A stretch of 64,000 nucleotides of DNA from Squalus acanthias (lineage: Eukaryota): positions 88,972,001-89,036,000 of the forward strand of contig CM059432.1 of assembly GCA_030390025.1 (NCBI GenBank). Direction: 5' to 3'. The position numbers were made by a program, and so were the translations under genes. Below, one piece after another: positions 12,510 to 25,435 of the stretch (position 1 is the stretch's first letter; each line of letters begins with the position of its first letter). The notes below the pieces were generated by a model that searched no databases, had not been told where the DNA came from, and saw only the letters and a program-made list of their open reading frames with translations.

Positions 12510-15500
12510 ATCTAGGAAAGGGGATTATTGAGATTTTTCAGAAGTGATGGCTGCCAAGGGGTAGGATTTCCCCTCAAGCAGTGTTTGGGCAGCTGGCAGG
12601 CAGATTGAGCGAGCCAGCCACCTGATAGACCCAACGGGGGGCACGATCTATTATAAGGGCCAGGCCTCATTAGCATAGGGCCGGTGGGCTGTGGGCCAGA
12701 TGAAAGTAGGTCAGGGGTGGTCCAGTTCGGGAGGAGGGAGGGCAGGGGAAACAGTGTGGTAGGGGCCCAGGTTATTTTTGTGGAGCCCAGAGGAGCAGAG
12801 GATATGTTGCCGAATTTCAAGACAAGAATTACATGCATGTAGAGCCTTAAAATCCCCTTCTCCATTGTAACAGGATAATACTGGCACACCTGGGAGACAT
12901 GGTAGCCTTAATTTAATTCATGCAATCTTGTTATCGGAAAAATTTGCAGAAAATACCCATGAAAAGCAGGGGCTGTAGAGCTGAGCCCCCACTCCTGATG
13001 AGGAGCAGGCTGTAGAGTTGATTGGAAGGCACTCAACTCTAGCGATGGGAGATGGTGAGATCAGTGGAACAGTGCAGGCTACAAATCAGTGAGTGCAGAC
13101 CCAAACCATGGCATCCCTGTGAAACAGCAGTCAGCCAGAAGCCTCCTCACCCTTCACTGTCCTCTTCATCTCAAGAGGTTAGGCTCACTCATTCACAGCT
13201 TATACCCTCCTTTACTGTAGATTTATAACAGCAACTTGGGCAGATGATACTGAAGGGGAGGATAATGGTGGGTGTTGCAGAAAATTCTTTCTGGTGGGCT
13301 ATGACAATTATGTTAATGATGGAGAGGAGGTCGTTGAAGAGGATCAGACCACACAATAGTGCAGGCTTTGGTCCTGTGTTCCTCTGCTCCAATTCCCTCC
13401 ATATTATCCCTTGCGTCACTTGCTTGCTTACTCCCATGCATCAATTCAGATACTTACACCTGGGAAGATGTCAATAGTGTAAGTGAGGATGTGGCATTGA
13501 GTGATTCACAGACACAAGGGAGCAAGAGGAGTGGGTTCTGAATAAGGATGTTCCACCATTCCAGTAGAGGCTGAGGAGAAAGCTTCCCATAGCTTCAGAG
13601 TCATGGGACCCAGAACCCATGGGCACTCACTGAAAAGAAGGTTATTTGAGGAACATCCTACCTATATACAGTCTTCGAGGATGTGTGACAACTGACAGAA
13701 GTGATACAGGTCCATGCATCTCTCAATTGGAGAATTTTGTTTTGTTGCAGGTGTCAATGGAGCATGTGGAACTTCACCTCAGAAGTGGGCTGGGACTCCA
13801 TCCTCCATAGAAGCACAGACAGCAGCCCTGGTGGAAATAGGAGACAACATTGACAGAATCCTATGTAACACCTTTCAGATATTTGGGGCACAATGTAGCT
13901 GCTGTTTCTCAGGGCTTTCAGAATTTGGTAGCACCGATTAGCACAAACAGAATCAAGGCTCAGTAGAATGGTAACAACTGGGGACAACCTGCATGAGGCT
14001 GCTGTTTCTCAGGACAGTAGCAAATGCCAGGCATCCAGCTTATCCCCCGAGCATCATGCAAATGACACACAGGAGGATGCCCAGGTAGATCCTCAAGAGA
14101 TGAAGCCCACAGCAGCTCCTTTCCAGTTCCTAGCAGCCAAGAGAGGATGATCACCTCAATCCCATGAGCCTTTTACTCCTCAAGAACAGCCAACCACCTC
14201 TCATGAAACAGGTCCGCAAGTTGCAACTCAGAGAAGCACTAGAATGGGAGAAAGGACATGTTTAGACACCTAGATTAAACACAGTATGAAAAAAAATTGG
14301 CTAATGATCATTCTGGACTTGGTTGCAATAAAAGAGGTGTGCTTACTCATTTTTAGGTGTTCATAGAGATTATAAAGACTTGCAGGGTCAGGTAGGCACA
14401 GGAAGATCTGAGGTGCTATGAGGTTCTAAGATGTGTACTGCATTGAAGGAGCTGACATTTCTCAGAAGGCAGTGGTGACAAAAGGAGGGTATTAAACAGA
14501 TCAGATTGGTTAATTTATAAGTTGAGTTCTGATTCTTTGAATCACTACGTGATGGTCCTTCTGATAATCCACTCCATGCTCCTTTGCCTCCAAAGCAGCT
14601 AGGGCTACCTCTCCAGGGAGCTCCATATCCAAGCAAAAGTTGTGAAAGGTACAGCAAGCTACAACTATCGAGGATACATGCTTGGAAGCTAAGCCTCCTG
14701 GTCCATCATGGCAGCAAAAGCACCCCTTCAAGACTCCTATTGTTTTCTCAATCACAACTCTAGAAGAAGGATGTGGCTCATTGTAGCGGTCCTCAGCTCC
14801 TCGCAGAGGGGTCTAATATCCATGGCAGTACAAATATGCTTTGTTACCCACAAGCCATCCGGTCACTTGACTATCTGCCTGAGAACAAAGCCATCATGGC
14901 AACTTCCAGAAATCTGACATTCACATGGAGGATTCTGCATCTGGTCACATGTAATCTGGATGTTCAGCAAGTGCTACCCCTACCTATTAAGAAAGTTAGG
15001 AGGATTAATTGCAGGACCTTGCAATGCTACACGTGTTACTTATTGTACCCTATACTTTGACAACCCAGCAACATGATGAAACTGTGATGGCTCTACCATG
15101 CTATAGCCTTGCTGTCATGCCAAGTTCTCCAACTCTTCTAAAGAGAATGTCAGTTACCAGACAAATGCATGCTCAGGCAGCATCCTGGGGGATATTGAAC
15201 AGATTCTTCCATGGCTGCTTGAAATGAGCCAGTGGCATAAAATTGAGCATGGTGGTAAATGTACACAGCCACAGGCAAAGCTTTCCAGACAGAGGATCTT
15301 GGCTGCAGATTATCATGGAGAAGATGGCACAGGTCTCCTACAACCTCATTGGTGAATTGCACTCTTCTCACACAGAGCTCCGAACTGAGATCTTCGTAAT
15401 GTGGTCCATAAATTATTTGGAGTGGGGGTAATATGTTGAAGGGCATTTCCTCCTCAAATGCTGCCTCAATCTTCTTTGCTGCATCCTGTACTGCTCCTCC

Positions 15501-16318
15501 TTCATTAATTAAAATAGAGAACAGGGCAGGGCCCTTTGGGAATCCTGTGACTTTAACAGAACCTCTTACTGTGTTTGTGGCTCAAAGGTTGTCAAAAGTT
15601 GTCACAACTAGGGGGCATAGTCTCAGGATAAGGGGTCGACCATTTAGGACTGAGATGAGGAGACATTTCTTCATTCAGAGGGTTGTGAATCTTTGGAATT
15701 CTCTACCCCAGAGGATGCTCAGTCGTTGAGCATATTCAAGGCTGATATAGATAGATTTTTGGACTCTAAGGGAATCAAGGGATATCGGGATCAGGCGAGA
15801 AAGTGGAGTTGAGGTCGAATATCAGCCATGATCTTATTGAATGGCGGAGCAGGGTCGAGGGGCCGTATGGCCTACTCCTGCTCCTATTTCTTATGTTCTT
15901 ATGTAAGCAAGGTCAGCTCTTTTCAGGTACAACATAAAACTTATTCTCATCCACTGTCTTGTAAGTTAAGTAATCAGGCTTCTGCTGTCTGCAGGCTCAA
16001 AGTAAAGCACTTCTGCCAGTAGCAGCTGATGTTGGCAACAGGTACATCTCTTTTATTTTGTTTGAAGTTACCCTAGGTGCATTGAGGACAAAGTCAATGA
16101 TTATGGCCACTCCAATACTGACCTTCCTCATTAGCATTTATTAAAATGTCCTCCAGGCAGCATTGGCATTCACATTGTAGGAAGGCCCAGACCCTATTGG
16201 AAACAGTAGTGCAGCCATTAAAAAGTGAAAACCTGGAAAATGGTTTCTACAACAATTTAAATGTTAAAATGCCATCCTTGCTCCAATGGTGCACTGGAAA
16301 TAATTTTAAACTCAGGGC
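12510..16318. mobile_element. Old degenerate autonomous-type Harbinger (possible Myb-gene relic on + ~12950-14270; transposase relic on - ~14480-15470)
   Basis: Minus-strand peptides IEKTIGVLKGCFCCHDGPGG...VSSIVVACCTFHNF and EDLSSELCVRRVQFTNEVVGDLCHLLHDNLQP match the transposase; same convergent layout as the element at 60243. Confidence 0.6.
15600..15905 (+). mobile_element. CR1 3' end inserted in the Harbinger relic
   Basis: TRGHSLRIRGRPFRTEMRRHFFIQRVVNLWNSLP plus the 3' UTR also seen at 56240-56334. Confidence 0.85.
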
Positions 16319-16344
16319 CATTATTCTTTCTTCTCTGAAATACA

Positions 16345-16735
16345 GCAAGTTATGAGGGAATCTAATCAAGGTTTTCAAGATTATGAAAGGTTTTGACACA
16401 TTAAATTTTTTCCTCTATTTGACAAATTGGTAACAAGAGGGCATACATTCAGGATTATCAATGGAAGAATGAATGGGAGATTAGAAGAAATCTTTATACA
16501 CTGAGTGTTATTAGAACATGGAAAGCTTTACCACATCTAGCTATTGAGGCAGAGACTATAACATCATTTAAAAGGTAATTTGATAAGTCTTTGAAAAGGA
16601 AAAAGTATCAAAGGATATAGGGAACGAGCAAGGAAATAAGATTAGAGACGATAACTACAGTTGAAGAGCTAGTCATCTCCGAATGAACTCCTTCTGTATT
16701 GTAATTCTTATCATTATATGATTCTATAATAGGTA
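16345..16735 (+). mobile_element. Old CR1 3' fragment
   Basis: Degraded similarity to the CR1 ORF2 end and a TATGATTCTAT tail. Confidence 0.55.
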
Positions 16736-16837
16736 TTCTATAATTTTTAAAAACTGTACCTCCAAATAGCTGGTTTGGCAGAGGCATTGTAACAAGTCAC
16801 TTCCACTTAACCAAAGATCATGTATGGAAATATTCTA

Positions 16838-16881
16838 CATATATATATATATATATATATAGAGTGAGAGAGAGAGAGAGA
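16838..16881. repeat. Compound (AT)n(AG)n microsatellite
   Basis: Directly visible. Confidence 0.95.
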
Positions 16882-18532
16882 GGCTCAACTATGTACAAAG
16901 ATTTGTAGGGATAACATGAGAGCCAATTCTGGAATTTAGAATGTGGGAGGGGGAGAGATAATCATTGTCAAAAAAACTTTGGGGCAAAACCTGTCCTTAT
17001 TCTCCCCTTCACCTATGGTATACAAACTAATGGGTCTCCTTCATCAGTATGTTGTAGCCGAATGAATTAAAAAAAAAATTGAGCACATAAATAGTGTAGT
17101 CCCCACTCGTATAGACAGAGAAATAAAGACGTTCGTTTGTGCCCCTTCTACTGCAATTATCTAAATAAATAAACATATTTGTGCGTGTAATATGATGTGC
17201 TTACATAAGTAGACTGATGTATATCACATCCACTTCATTATATAACAATTAGCAATAGAATAGGTGAGCATGAAAAATAGCTGTAATGTATTATTACATT
17301 ATATATAACTAAAAGGATTAATTCTACACTCCTGAGCTCCCAGTGCTAAAAACCATGCCTGAAGGGAGCACAAGTCAGATTTCGGCTACAACATTTTCGC
17401 CCTGATTCTCTGACCCATGGCCATGCAGGCACATCTTCCCACTGGGAGTGTGACATCACGGAATTTACTCAAAAATATAAAAAATACATAAAGGCTATAA
17501 ATAAATGTAATTGCATAGATATATGTAATTGTTAACAAATTAAGTCAAACCATATAATTGTAACAAATGTCATAAACTATATATGAATAAATATTCAATG
17601 TAAATGTATCTGATATATCTGACCCTCATACTGATAAAGGAAATCACAGCCTGGCAGGAAGGATGCTGAAAGATTCTCAATCAGTCAACAACCCTGACTG
17701 AACTTTTTCCCACCAGCATTCAAACTTAATGTTCACTCCCCCACTGGGCCTGATGCTTGTAGAGTTTGCCATTAGAGGAGCTGGACCTGCGCAAGTTGTG
17801 CTGATCGACCCAGGAATATTATCGATCAGTTCTGCACTTATCATCGAGAATGTGCCCATGTATCGATTAGGGCTGTGAATTGCCTGTTATTAATGTAGAT
17901 AGTCAGGTTTGTAACCTTATTTGTTGTCACCTTTTACCCGGAAGTTGGCAAATAAATTTGAATTCTGTTGTTCTGCCTGTCTCATCGATGGCTATTTTGT
18001 ATTGATACCTTCTCCACAGGAAACCCCTAAAGGTAGTCATTACTCTTTCCAGTTGGTAGCTTCCCTGGTTATAATTAATTCTTCCCTTTGGAAAAACGTT
18101 TCTGAGGAACTGTATTGCAATGGCAATTATTGTTTCTAATACGGGTTCATACGAATAAATTTGCTGGTTCCCTGTATCAATTTGGGCCTGTCTACCAGAA
18201 AGGATTTATACTGAGGTACTTGTCACGGGGTTTCCCCTGACCCTGTCATTAATTTAAGTTTGCCTTCGAGAACTGCCAGATACTGATGCCACAGGATTTT
18301 CCGCCTTCTGTTCTATATCCATTCGAGCTATCTTTGGTATGACTTATATCCCCTTCTCACCATATCTAACACCACAATTACAGCAAAAGGAACAGATATG
18401 AAATATCTCTGCAAGGCTAAACATTCTATAAGATTAAAAATTAAAAAGAAAATCGATTTCAGCTCTAACTGTGTGCACTGGTACTGAAGTCACTCCCACA
18501 AAGTCAGTTGAAGCTTAAATCCAAACAACAAA

Positions 18533-19366
18533 TGGGCAATTTTAATCCACACCGCCAAGTGGGAACAGGGTAGGTGTGCATTTAAAAAACTGTGCAAAGA
18601 CTTAATTCCCTGTTCCCATCAATTGCCACCTGCCCTTTCTTTAGGTGGCCAAGGTGTCTGCCTGACTCAGGAATGTGTCTCATTAATGTATGATAATCAG
18701 GGGCCTATGATGTACATAGGATCCCAATGGCATTTTAATAGCCTATTAAACAGGGTGCCTGCTGCGGCACCCTGCTCAGTAAAACCTGACAGGGAAGAAG
18801 AGGAGGCCCTCTAAATTAAGTCAATAACTTTCTCTAATAAAAATAGAAAATGCTGGAAATACTCAGCGGTTCAGGCAGCATCTGTGGAGAGAGAAACAGA
18901 CCATTAACTCTGTTTCCCTCTCCACAGATGCTGCCTGACTTGCTGAGTATTTCCAGCATTTTCTGTTTTTATTTTAGATTTCCAGCAACTGCAATATTTT
19001 GCTTTTGAATAACTTTCCCTAGTTAGGCCAAGGGGAGCAAGAACACTCTTCCAGGCCCCGCAAGGAAAGTCTGGGTCTCCGCTGTCCTGAATGCCCCCCC
19101 CCCCCCACTTCCCACCTGCAAAACGGCTTTGATCCCCCCCCCCCGCCAAGACTAACCTTGGTCCCGGTGGGCAGACTCTTGGCACTGCAATTTTGACCTG
19201 CCTTAAGTCGGTCAGCTGTCCGCCCATAACGAGCGGAAAGAGGCAGCTGGCCGTCAGGATGTAAATGAGGCCCTGCTGTGAAAATTAGCCAAGGCCTACA
19301 ACGGGTAGGCCATCAGCTCTCCCTCCTCCCCCACTACTTCAGGCCCGGGAACTAATATGCACCCCA
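18533..19366. mobile_element. Degenerate Harbinger-type MITE hosting a Penelope-derived insert
   Basis: Starts GGGCAATTTT and ends AATATGCACCCC; internal GC-rich motifs like other MITEs here. Confidence 0.45.
18836..19007. mobile_element. Penelope-like pLTR fragment in inverted (hairpin) arrangement
   Basis: AATAAAAATAGAAAATGCTGG...GAAACAGA and its reverse complement (18836-18973); same repeat family as 40720-40825; flanked by AATAACTTTC(T/C)CTA direct repeats. Confidence 0.7.
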
Positions 19367-19671
19367 TAGTTTCGAAACAAATCAATAGAGTGTATTTACT
19401 ACCCCCTACCCACTCGGTAGCTTATTCTAGATGTATGAACATTTTTTATACTCTATTCCTTAATTTTTACGATGTCTGAATAGCCAACTGTCATGTTTCA
19501 GCCCTCAATGGCTTAATATTATCACCACTGACTAATCCTCTCTTTTATTTTATAAGGTTTCACAGATTTGACAGCAATTTTTCCATTTTCTAAATCAGGA
19601 AAAAAAAATCTGTATTCCATATTAAATGTTGAAAACCACCACTCTGCAGACGGTTAACAGTTCAAACATAC

Positions 19672-22440
19672 AGAGGCCGATTTTCACTTTTGCTGAGGGC
19701 AGAAAACTGGCGATAGCGGATCCTAAACAGCTTGTTTTACACCCAGCCGCATTTTCTTTTGCATTGAACATAAGAATTAGGAGCAGGAGTAGGCCATACT
19801 GCCCTGTGAGACTGCTCTGCCATTTAATAAGATCATGGATGAACTTCGACCTCAACACCACCTTTCCGCCTGATCTCCACATCGCTTGATTCCTCTAGCG
19901 TCAAAAATGTATCTATCTCAGCCTTGAATACACTCAACGATTCAGCATCCACAACTCTTTGGGGTAGAGAATTCCAAGATTCACAAACCTCTGAGTGAAG
20001 AAATTCCTCCTAATTTCAGTCTTAAATGACCTACCCCTTATCCTGAGACTATGCCCCCTAGTTCTAAACACTCCAGCCAGGGGAAACAACCTCTCAGCAT
20101 CTACCCTCTCAATCCCCCTCAGAATCTTATATGTTTCAATGAGATCACCTCTCATTCTTCTAAACTCCAGAGACCATACACCCAATCTACTCAATCTCTC
20201 CTCATAGGACAACCCTCTCACCCAGGAATCAATTTAGTGAACCTTTGTTGCACCGCCTCTAAGGCAAGTATATCCCTCCTCAGATAAGGAGACCAAAACT
20301 GTGCACAGTACTCCAGGTGTGGTCTCACCAAAGTCCTGTACGATGTAACAAGACTTCCTTACTCTTGTACTCCAACACCCTTGTAATAAAGGCCAGCATG
20401 CCATTTGCTTTCCTAATTGCTTGCTGTACCTGCATGCTAAATCTTTGTGTTTCCTGTACGAAGACACCTAAATCTCTCTGAACACCAACATTTAATAGTT
20501 TCTTAACATTTAAAATATATTCTGTTTTGCTATTCTTCCTACCTAAGTGAATAACCTCACATTTCCCCACATTATACGCCATCTGCCACTTTATTGCCCA
20601 CTCACTTAACCTGTCTATATCCCTTTGCAGGCTCTTTGTTTCCTCCTCACAGCTTACTTTCCCACTTAGCTTTGTATCATCAGCAAACTTGGATATATTA
20701 CACTCGATCCCTTCATCTAAGTCATTAATATAAATTGTAAATAGTTGATGCCCAAGCACTGATCCTTGCATCACCCCACTAGTTACAGCCTGCCAACCTG
20801 AAAATGACCCATTTATCCCTACTGTTTGCTTTCTGTCCGTTAACCAACCCTCTATCCATGCTAATATATTACCCCCCAACTCCATGAGCACTTATCTTGC
20901 ATAACAACCTTTTATGTGGCACCTTATCGAATGTCTTTTGGAATTCCAAATATACTACATCCACTGGTTCCCCTTTATCTGCCCCGCTAGTTACATCCTC
21001 AAAAAACTCTAATAAATTTGCTAAACATGATTTCCCTTTCATAAAACCATGTTGACTCTGCCTAATCATATTATGATTTTCTAAATGCCCTGTTACCACT
21101 TCTTTAATAATGGATTCCATCATTTTCCCGACAACTGATGTCAAGCTAACTGGCATGTAGTTCCCTGTTTTCTCTTTCCTCCTTTGTTGAATAGTGGGGT
21201 TACATTTGCTACTTTTAAATCTGCTGGGACTGTTCTAAAATCCAGGGAATTTTGGAAGATCACAACCAATGCATCCACTATCTCTGCAGCCACCTCTTTT
21301 AGAACCCTAGGATGTAGGCCATCAGGTCCAGGGGATTTGTCAGCTTTTAGTCCCATTAGTCTCTGAAGTACTTTTTCTCTATTGATATTAATTACTTTAA
21401 GTAATATTATCCTTAACTTCTTTAGTTAGCCACGGATGAATCCCTTTTCCCATGGAGTTTTTATTTCTCAATGGAATGTATATTCTTTAAGAATTTTGGA
21501 ATATTTCTTTAAATGTTTGCCTCTGCTTATCTACCGCCATACCTTTTAATCTGATTACCCAATCTACCTTAGCCAACTCACCTCTCATACCTATATAATT
21601 GGATTTATTTAAGTTTAAAACTCTAGTTTCGGACTTAAGTATTTCATTCTCAAACCCAATGTGAAATTCTATCATATTATGATCATTCTTTTCCAGAGGA
21701 TCCTTTACTATGAGATTACTAATTAACCCTGTCTCATTACACAATACAAGATCTGAAATAGCCTGTTCCCTGGTTGGTTCCATGACACATTGTTCTAGGA
21801 AACTGTCTCAAATGCATTCCATGAACTCATCATCCAGACTACCTTTACCATTTTGATTTCCCCAGTCTATATGAAGATTAAAGTCACCCACAACTATTGC
21901 ATTAACTTTGTTACAAGCTCCTTTTATTTATTGATTAATACTCTTTCCAATGGTATAGCTACTGTTAGGTTGCCTATAAACTACTCCCACCAGTGTTTTC
22001 TGCCCCTTGTTATTTTTTATCTCCACCCATACTGCTTCTACTTCCTGATCTTCTGAGCCAAAATTCTTTCTCACTACTGTTCTTATGTCATCCTTTATTG
22101 TCAGGGCTACCACACCCCCACCCCCTTTTCCATTCTGCCTGTCTTTTCAAAACGTCAAGTACCCTGGAATATTTAGTTCACAACATTGGTCACCTTGTAA
22201 CCATGTCTCTGTAATGGCTATTAGATCAAAACCATTGATCTCTATTTGTGCCTTAGTTCGTCTATCTTGTTATGAATGCTTCGTGTATTCAGATAAAGAG
22301 CCTTTAATTTTAATTTTTAGCATTATTCCCTGCTTTCACCTTATAGTCAGCAAAAAGGAAAATTGAGCGGGGTGTATAACGGGGCGGCCAATCCCCTACC
22401 GCCAGTTTGCCGCACCCCTCGAGTACTAAAATTGTGCCCC
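19672..22440. mobile_element. Palindromic MITE split at its centre by a CR1 (arms ~19672-19766 and ~22344-22440)
   Basis: Left arm ...AAAACTGGCGATAGCGG...TTTTACACCC...ATTTTC; right arm GAAAATTGAGCGGGGTGTATAAC...CCGCCAGTTT; similar to 5253-5439. Confidence 0.6.
19767..22343 (-). mobile_element. 5'-truncated CR1 LINE (endonuclease + RT, internal deletion at ~21400, frameshifted)
   Basis: ORF fragments with APE-endonuclease motifs (VGVVYRQPNS, DHNMIEF) and RT motifs (QGSVLG, SKFADDTK); CR1 3' UTR at ~19767. Confidence 0.95.
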
Positions 22441-22540
22441 CGCACCCCGGCCTCAGAGATGGATCGGAGAAAGCAGTTTTCCGATGATGCATACACATAT
22501 TCGGAAATTGGGGCACATGTCTTATCATAAGTACCTGCAG

Positions 22541-23357
22541 TACAACAACTTGCACTTATATAGCGCCTTTAATGTAGTAAAAGGTCGCAAAGTGCTTCAC
22601 AGGAGCGTTATCAAACAAAATTTGACACCGAGTCACATAAGGAGATATTAGGACAGATGACCAAAAGCTTGGTCAAAAAGATAGGCAGCTGAAAGCATGG
22701 CCGCCAATGGTGGAGCGATTAAAATCGGGGATGTGTAGTTGGCCAGAATTGGAGGAGCGCAGAGATCTTGGAGGGTTGTAGGGCTGGAGGAAATTACAGA
22801 GATACGGAAGAGCAAGGCCATGGAGGGATTTGAAAACAAGGAAGAGAATTTTAAAATTGGTGCATTGCTGGACCGAGAGCCAATGTAGGTCAGCGAACAT
22901 GGAGTGATGGGTGAATGGGACTCATTGCGAGTTAGGATACGAGCAGCAGAGTTTTGGATGAGCTCAAGTTTATATAGGGTGGAAGATGGGAGGCTGGCCA
23001 GGAGAGCATTGGAATAGTCAAGTCTTGTGGTAACAAAGGCATGGATGAGGGTTTCAGCAGCAGATGAGCTGTGGCAGGGGTGGAGTCGGGCGATATTACG
23101 GTGGTGGAAGTGGGCGGTCTTGGTGGGATGACGCGGATAATTGGTTGGAAGTTCATCTCAGGGTCAAATACGACACCAAGGTTGCGAACAGTTTGGTTCA
23201 GCATCAGAAAGTTGCCAGGGAGTGGGAGGGAGTCAGTGGCAAGGGAATGGAGTTTGTGGCAGGACTGAAGACAATGGCTTTGGTCTTCCCAATGTATAGT
23301 TGGAGGAAGTTACTGCTCCTCCAGTACTGGATGTTGGACAAGCAGTGTGACAAATTA
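22541..23357 (-). mobile_element. L2 LINE 3' fragment
   Basis: NFLQLYIGKTKAIVF, VRNLGVVFDPEM and LHWLSVQQ...FKILFLVFKSLHGLA; L2 tail; flanked by AAGTACCTGCA direct repeats. Confidence 0.9.
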
Positions 23358-24686
23358 AAGTACCTGCAACTCCTGTCGGTGGTTCTGTGACAGACCTTTT
23401 CAATGTTATAGGTGTCACACTGTGTGACACACAATACCTGCTAGTTTATAGTGAAAGTATATCACCCTGAGATTGTTCAATCTGGCGACGGGATTCCCAT
23501 AAATTGCTCAAATGTTTCTGAAATTGTTTTCAGCTACCATTTTTCTCAATAACTGAAATTTCAAATATCTAAAATATGGGTTCAAACAAAATAAATTCAA
23601 AAAACACGTTTTTCACAATAAGATGAATATTTTATCCATTGAATTGTTTTGGGTCTTTAACATCTTCATTAACATTTTTACTTGAAAGTCTCCATGTCTC
23701 CAAAAAAGCCTCAGCTTGGACTTGAGTTGTGATTCTGTGAGTTGAATTTGGATTGTGCAATCTGAGCATGTGCAGTCTACCTAATTTCCCAGGATGCATC
23801 AGTTCTGGTTAGTCTTTACCTCCTCGCACTTTCTGCCAACTCCACTGGAGCATATTGGGTCAGTGGAAGTCAACTCATTTGCATAGTGTTTGTGGATACC
23901 TGCACCACTACCAATGCACCTCAGATGCTTGGATACATTATACTCGGTCCATTCAACTAGGTCATTAATATAGATTGTAAATAACTGAGGCCCCAACACT
24001 GATCCTTGCGGCACCCCACTAGTTACAGCCTACCAACCTGAAAAAGATCCGTTTATCCATTTTCTGTCCGTTAACCAATCCTCTATCCATGCTACTATAT
24101 TACCCCCAACCCCATGAGCCCTAATATTGTGTAATAACCTTTTATGTGGCACCTTATCGAATGCCTTTTAGAAATCCAAATATACTACATCCACTGGTTC
24201 CCCTTTAGCTACCCTGCCAGTTACATCCTCAAAATACTCGATAATGAATTTGTCAAACACGATTTCCCTTTCATAAAACCATGTTGACTCTGCCTAATCA
24301 TGTTATGATTTTCTAAGTGCCCTGATACCACTTCCTTAACAATGGATTCCAGCATTTTTCCAATGACTGAAGTCAGGCTAACTGGCCTGCAGTTCCCTGT
24401 TTTTTCTCTCCCTCCTTTCTTGAATAGCGGTGTTACATTTGCGACCTTCCAAATGCACTGGTACGTTCCTGAATCTAGGGAATTTTGGAAGATCAAAACC
24501 AATGCATCCATTATCTCTTCAGTCACCTCTTTTAGAACCCTAGGATGTAGGCCATCAGGTCCAGGGGATTTGTCAGCTTTTAGTCCCATTAGTTTCTCTG
24601 GTACTTTTTCTCTACTTATATTAATTACGTTAAGTTCCTCACCCTCATTAGACCCTTGGTTCCCCACCATTTTTGATAGGCTTTTT

Positions 24687-25432
24687 GGGCTGGATTTTGA
24701 TACTGGGGCGGGTTGGGGTCATGTCATCCGCATTTCGTGTTATCCACTCGACTGCAATTGGATGTGGGAGATTGATGCAATTTTCACCTAATTGGGCAAT
24801 TGAGTTCCAGCATGTGGGAACCCATGAACCAATTAGTGGTTTCAGTCTGAAAGTCGCCTCTGATGATGTCATCATTGCTGCTGCATTGAAGGTCAGAGAC
24901 TGCCTGGCTTTTGCTGTGAGTGGACCTGGATGCAAAATGAGCAGCAGCTCAGAGAGAGAGAGAGAGAGAGAGAGAATTTGCATCCAGGTCCTCTCACAGC
25001 AAACGCCAGGCAGTCTCTGAAGACATTCAATGCAGCAGCATCAGAGGCGACTTTCAGACCTAATACTACTACTACCTTCATCACATCTCCGTTGTAATAG
25101 TTGACCTGCAGCTGATAGTCAGCTATCCACTTGTGCTCCCGCCAGGTTTCATTGTCGTGTTTCACATCAGGCGTGCCTCGCATCGGAAAAGGGTGAAACT
25201 AGCTAAAACGTTTCAAAATGGCATTACAGAGCCAATTTAGGGCTTGTTAAGGGCTTTAATGGCCTCTCCCACCTCTTGGAGGCGGGACGGAGTCGGGAAC
25301 ACTGCACACGATTTTATCAAAATTGCGTGGAGGCGGAATGGAGGCGGGATCAGGTCCGCCCGTCACTTTTCGCAATTTTAACCCCCCACACGCCTCCAAA
25401 CCCGCCTCCACGGCCCTATGAAAATCCAACCC
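24687..25432. mobile_element. Harbinger MITE, family B
   Basis: TIRs GGGCTGGATTTT / AAAATCCAACCC, TSD TTT; near-identical copy at 33756-34511; left ~200 bp homologous to the left end of the Harbinger at 60243. Confidence 0.9.
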
Positions 25433-25435
25433 TTT

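Noticed and set aside
24342..24791. Antisense ORFs over LINEs (also 27842-28372, 29805-30119, 42729-43097, 54503-54832)
   Set aside because: Shadow frames of the opposite-strand TE coding sequence.
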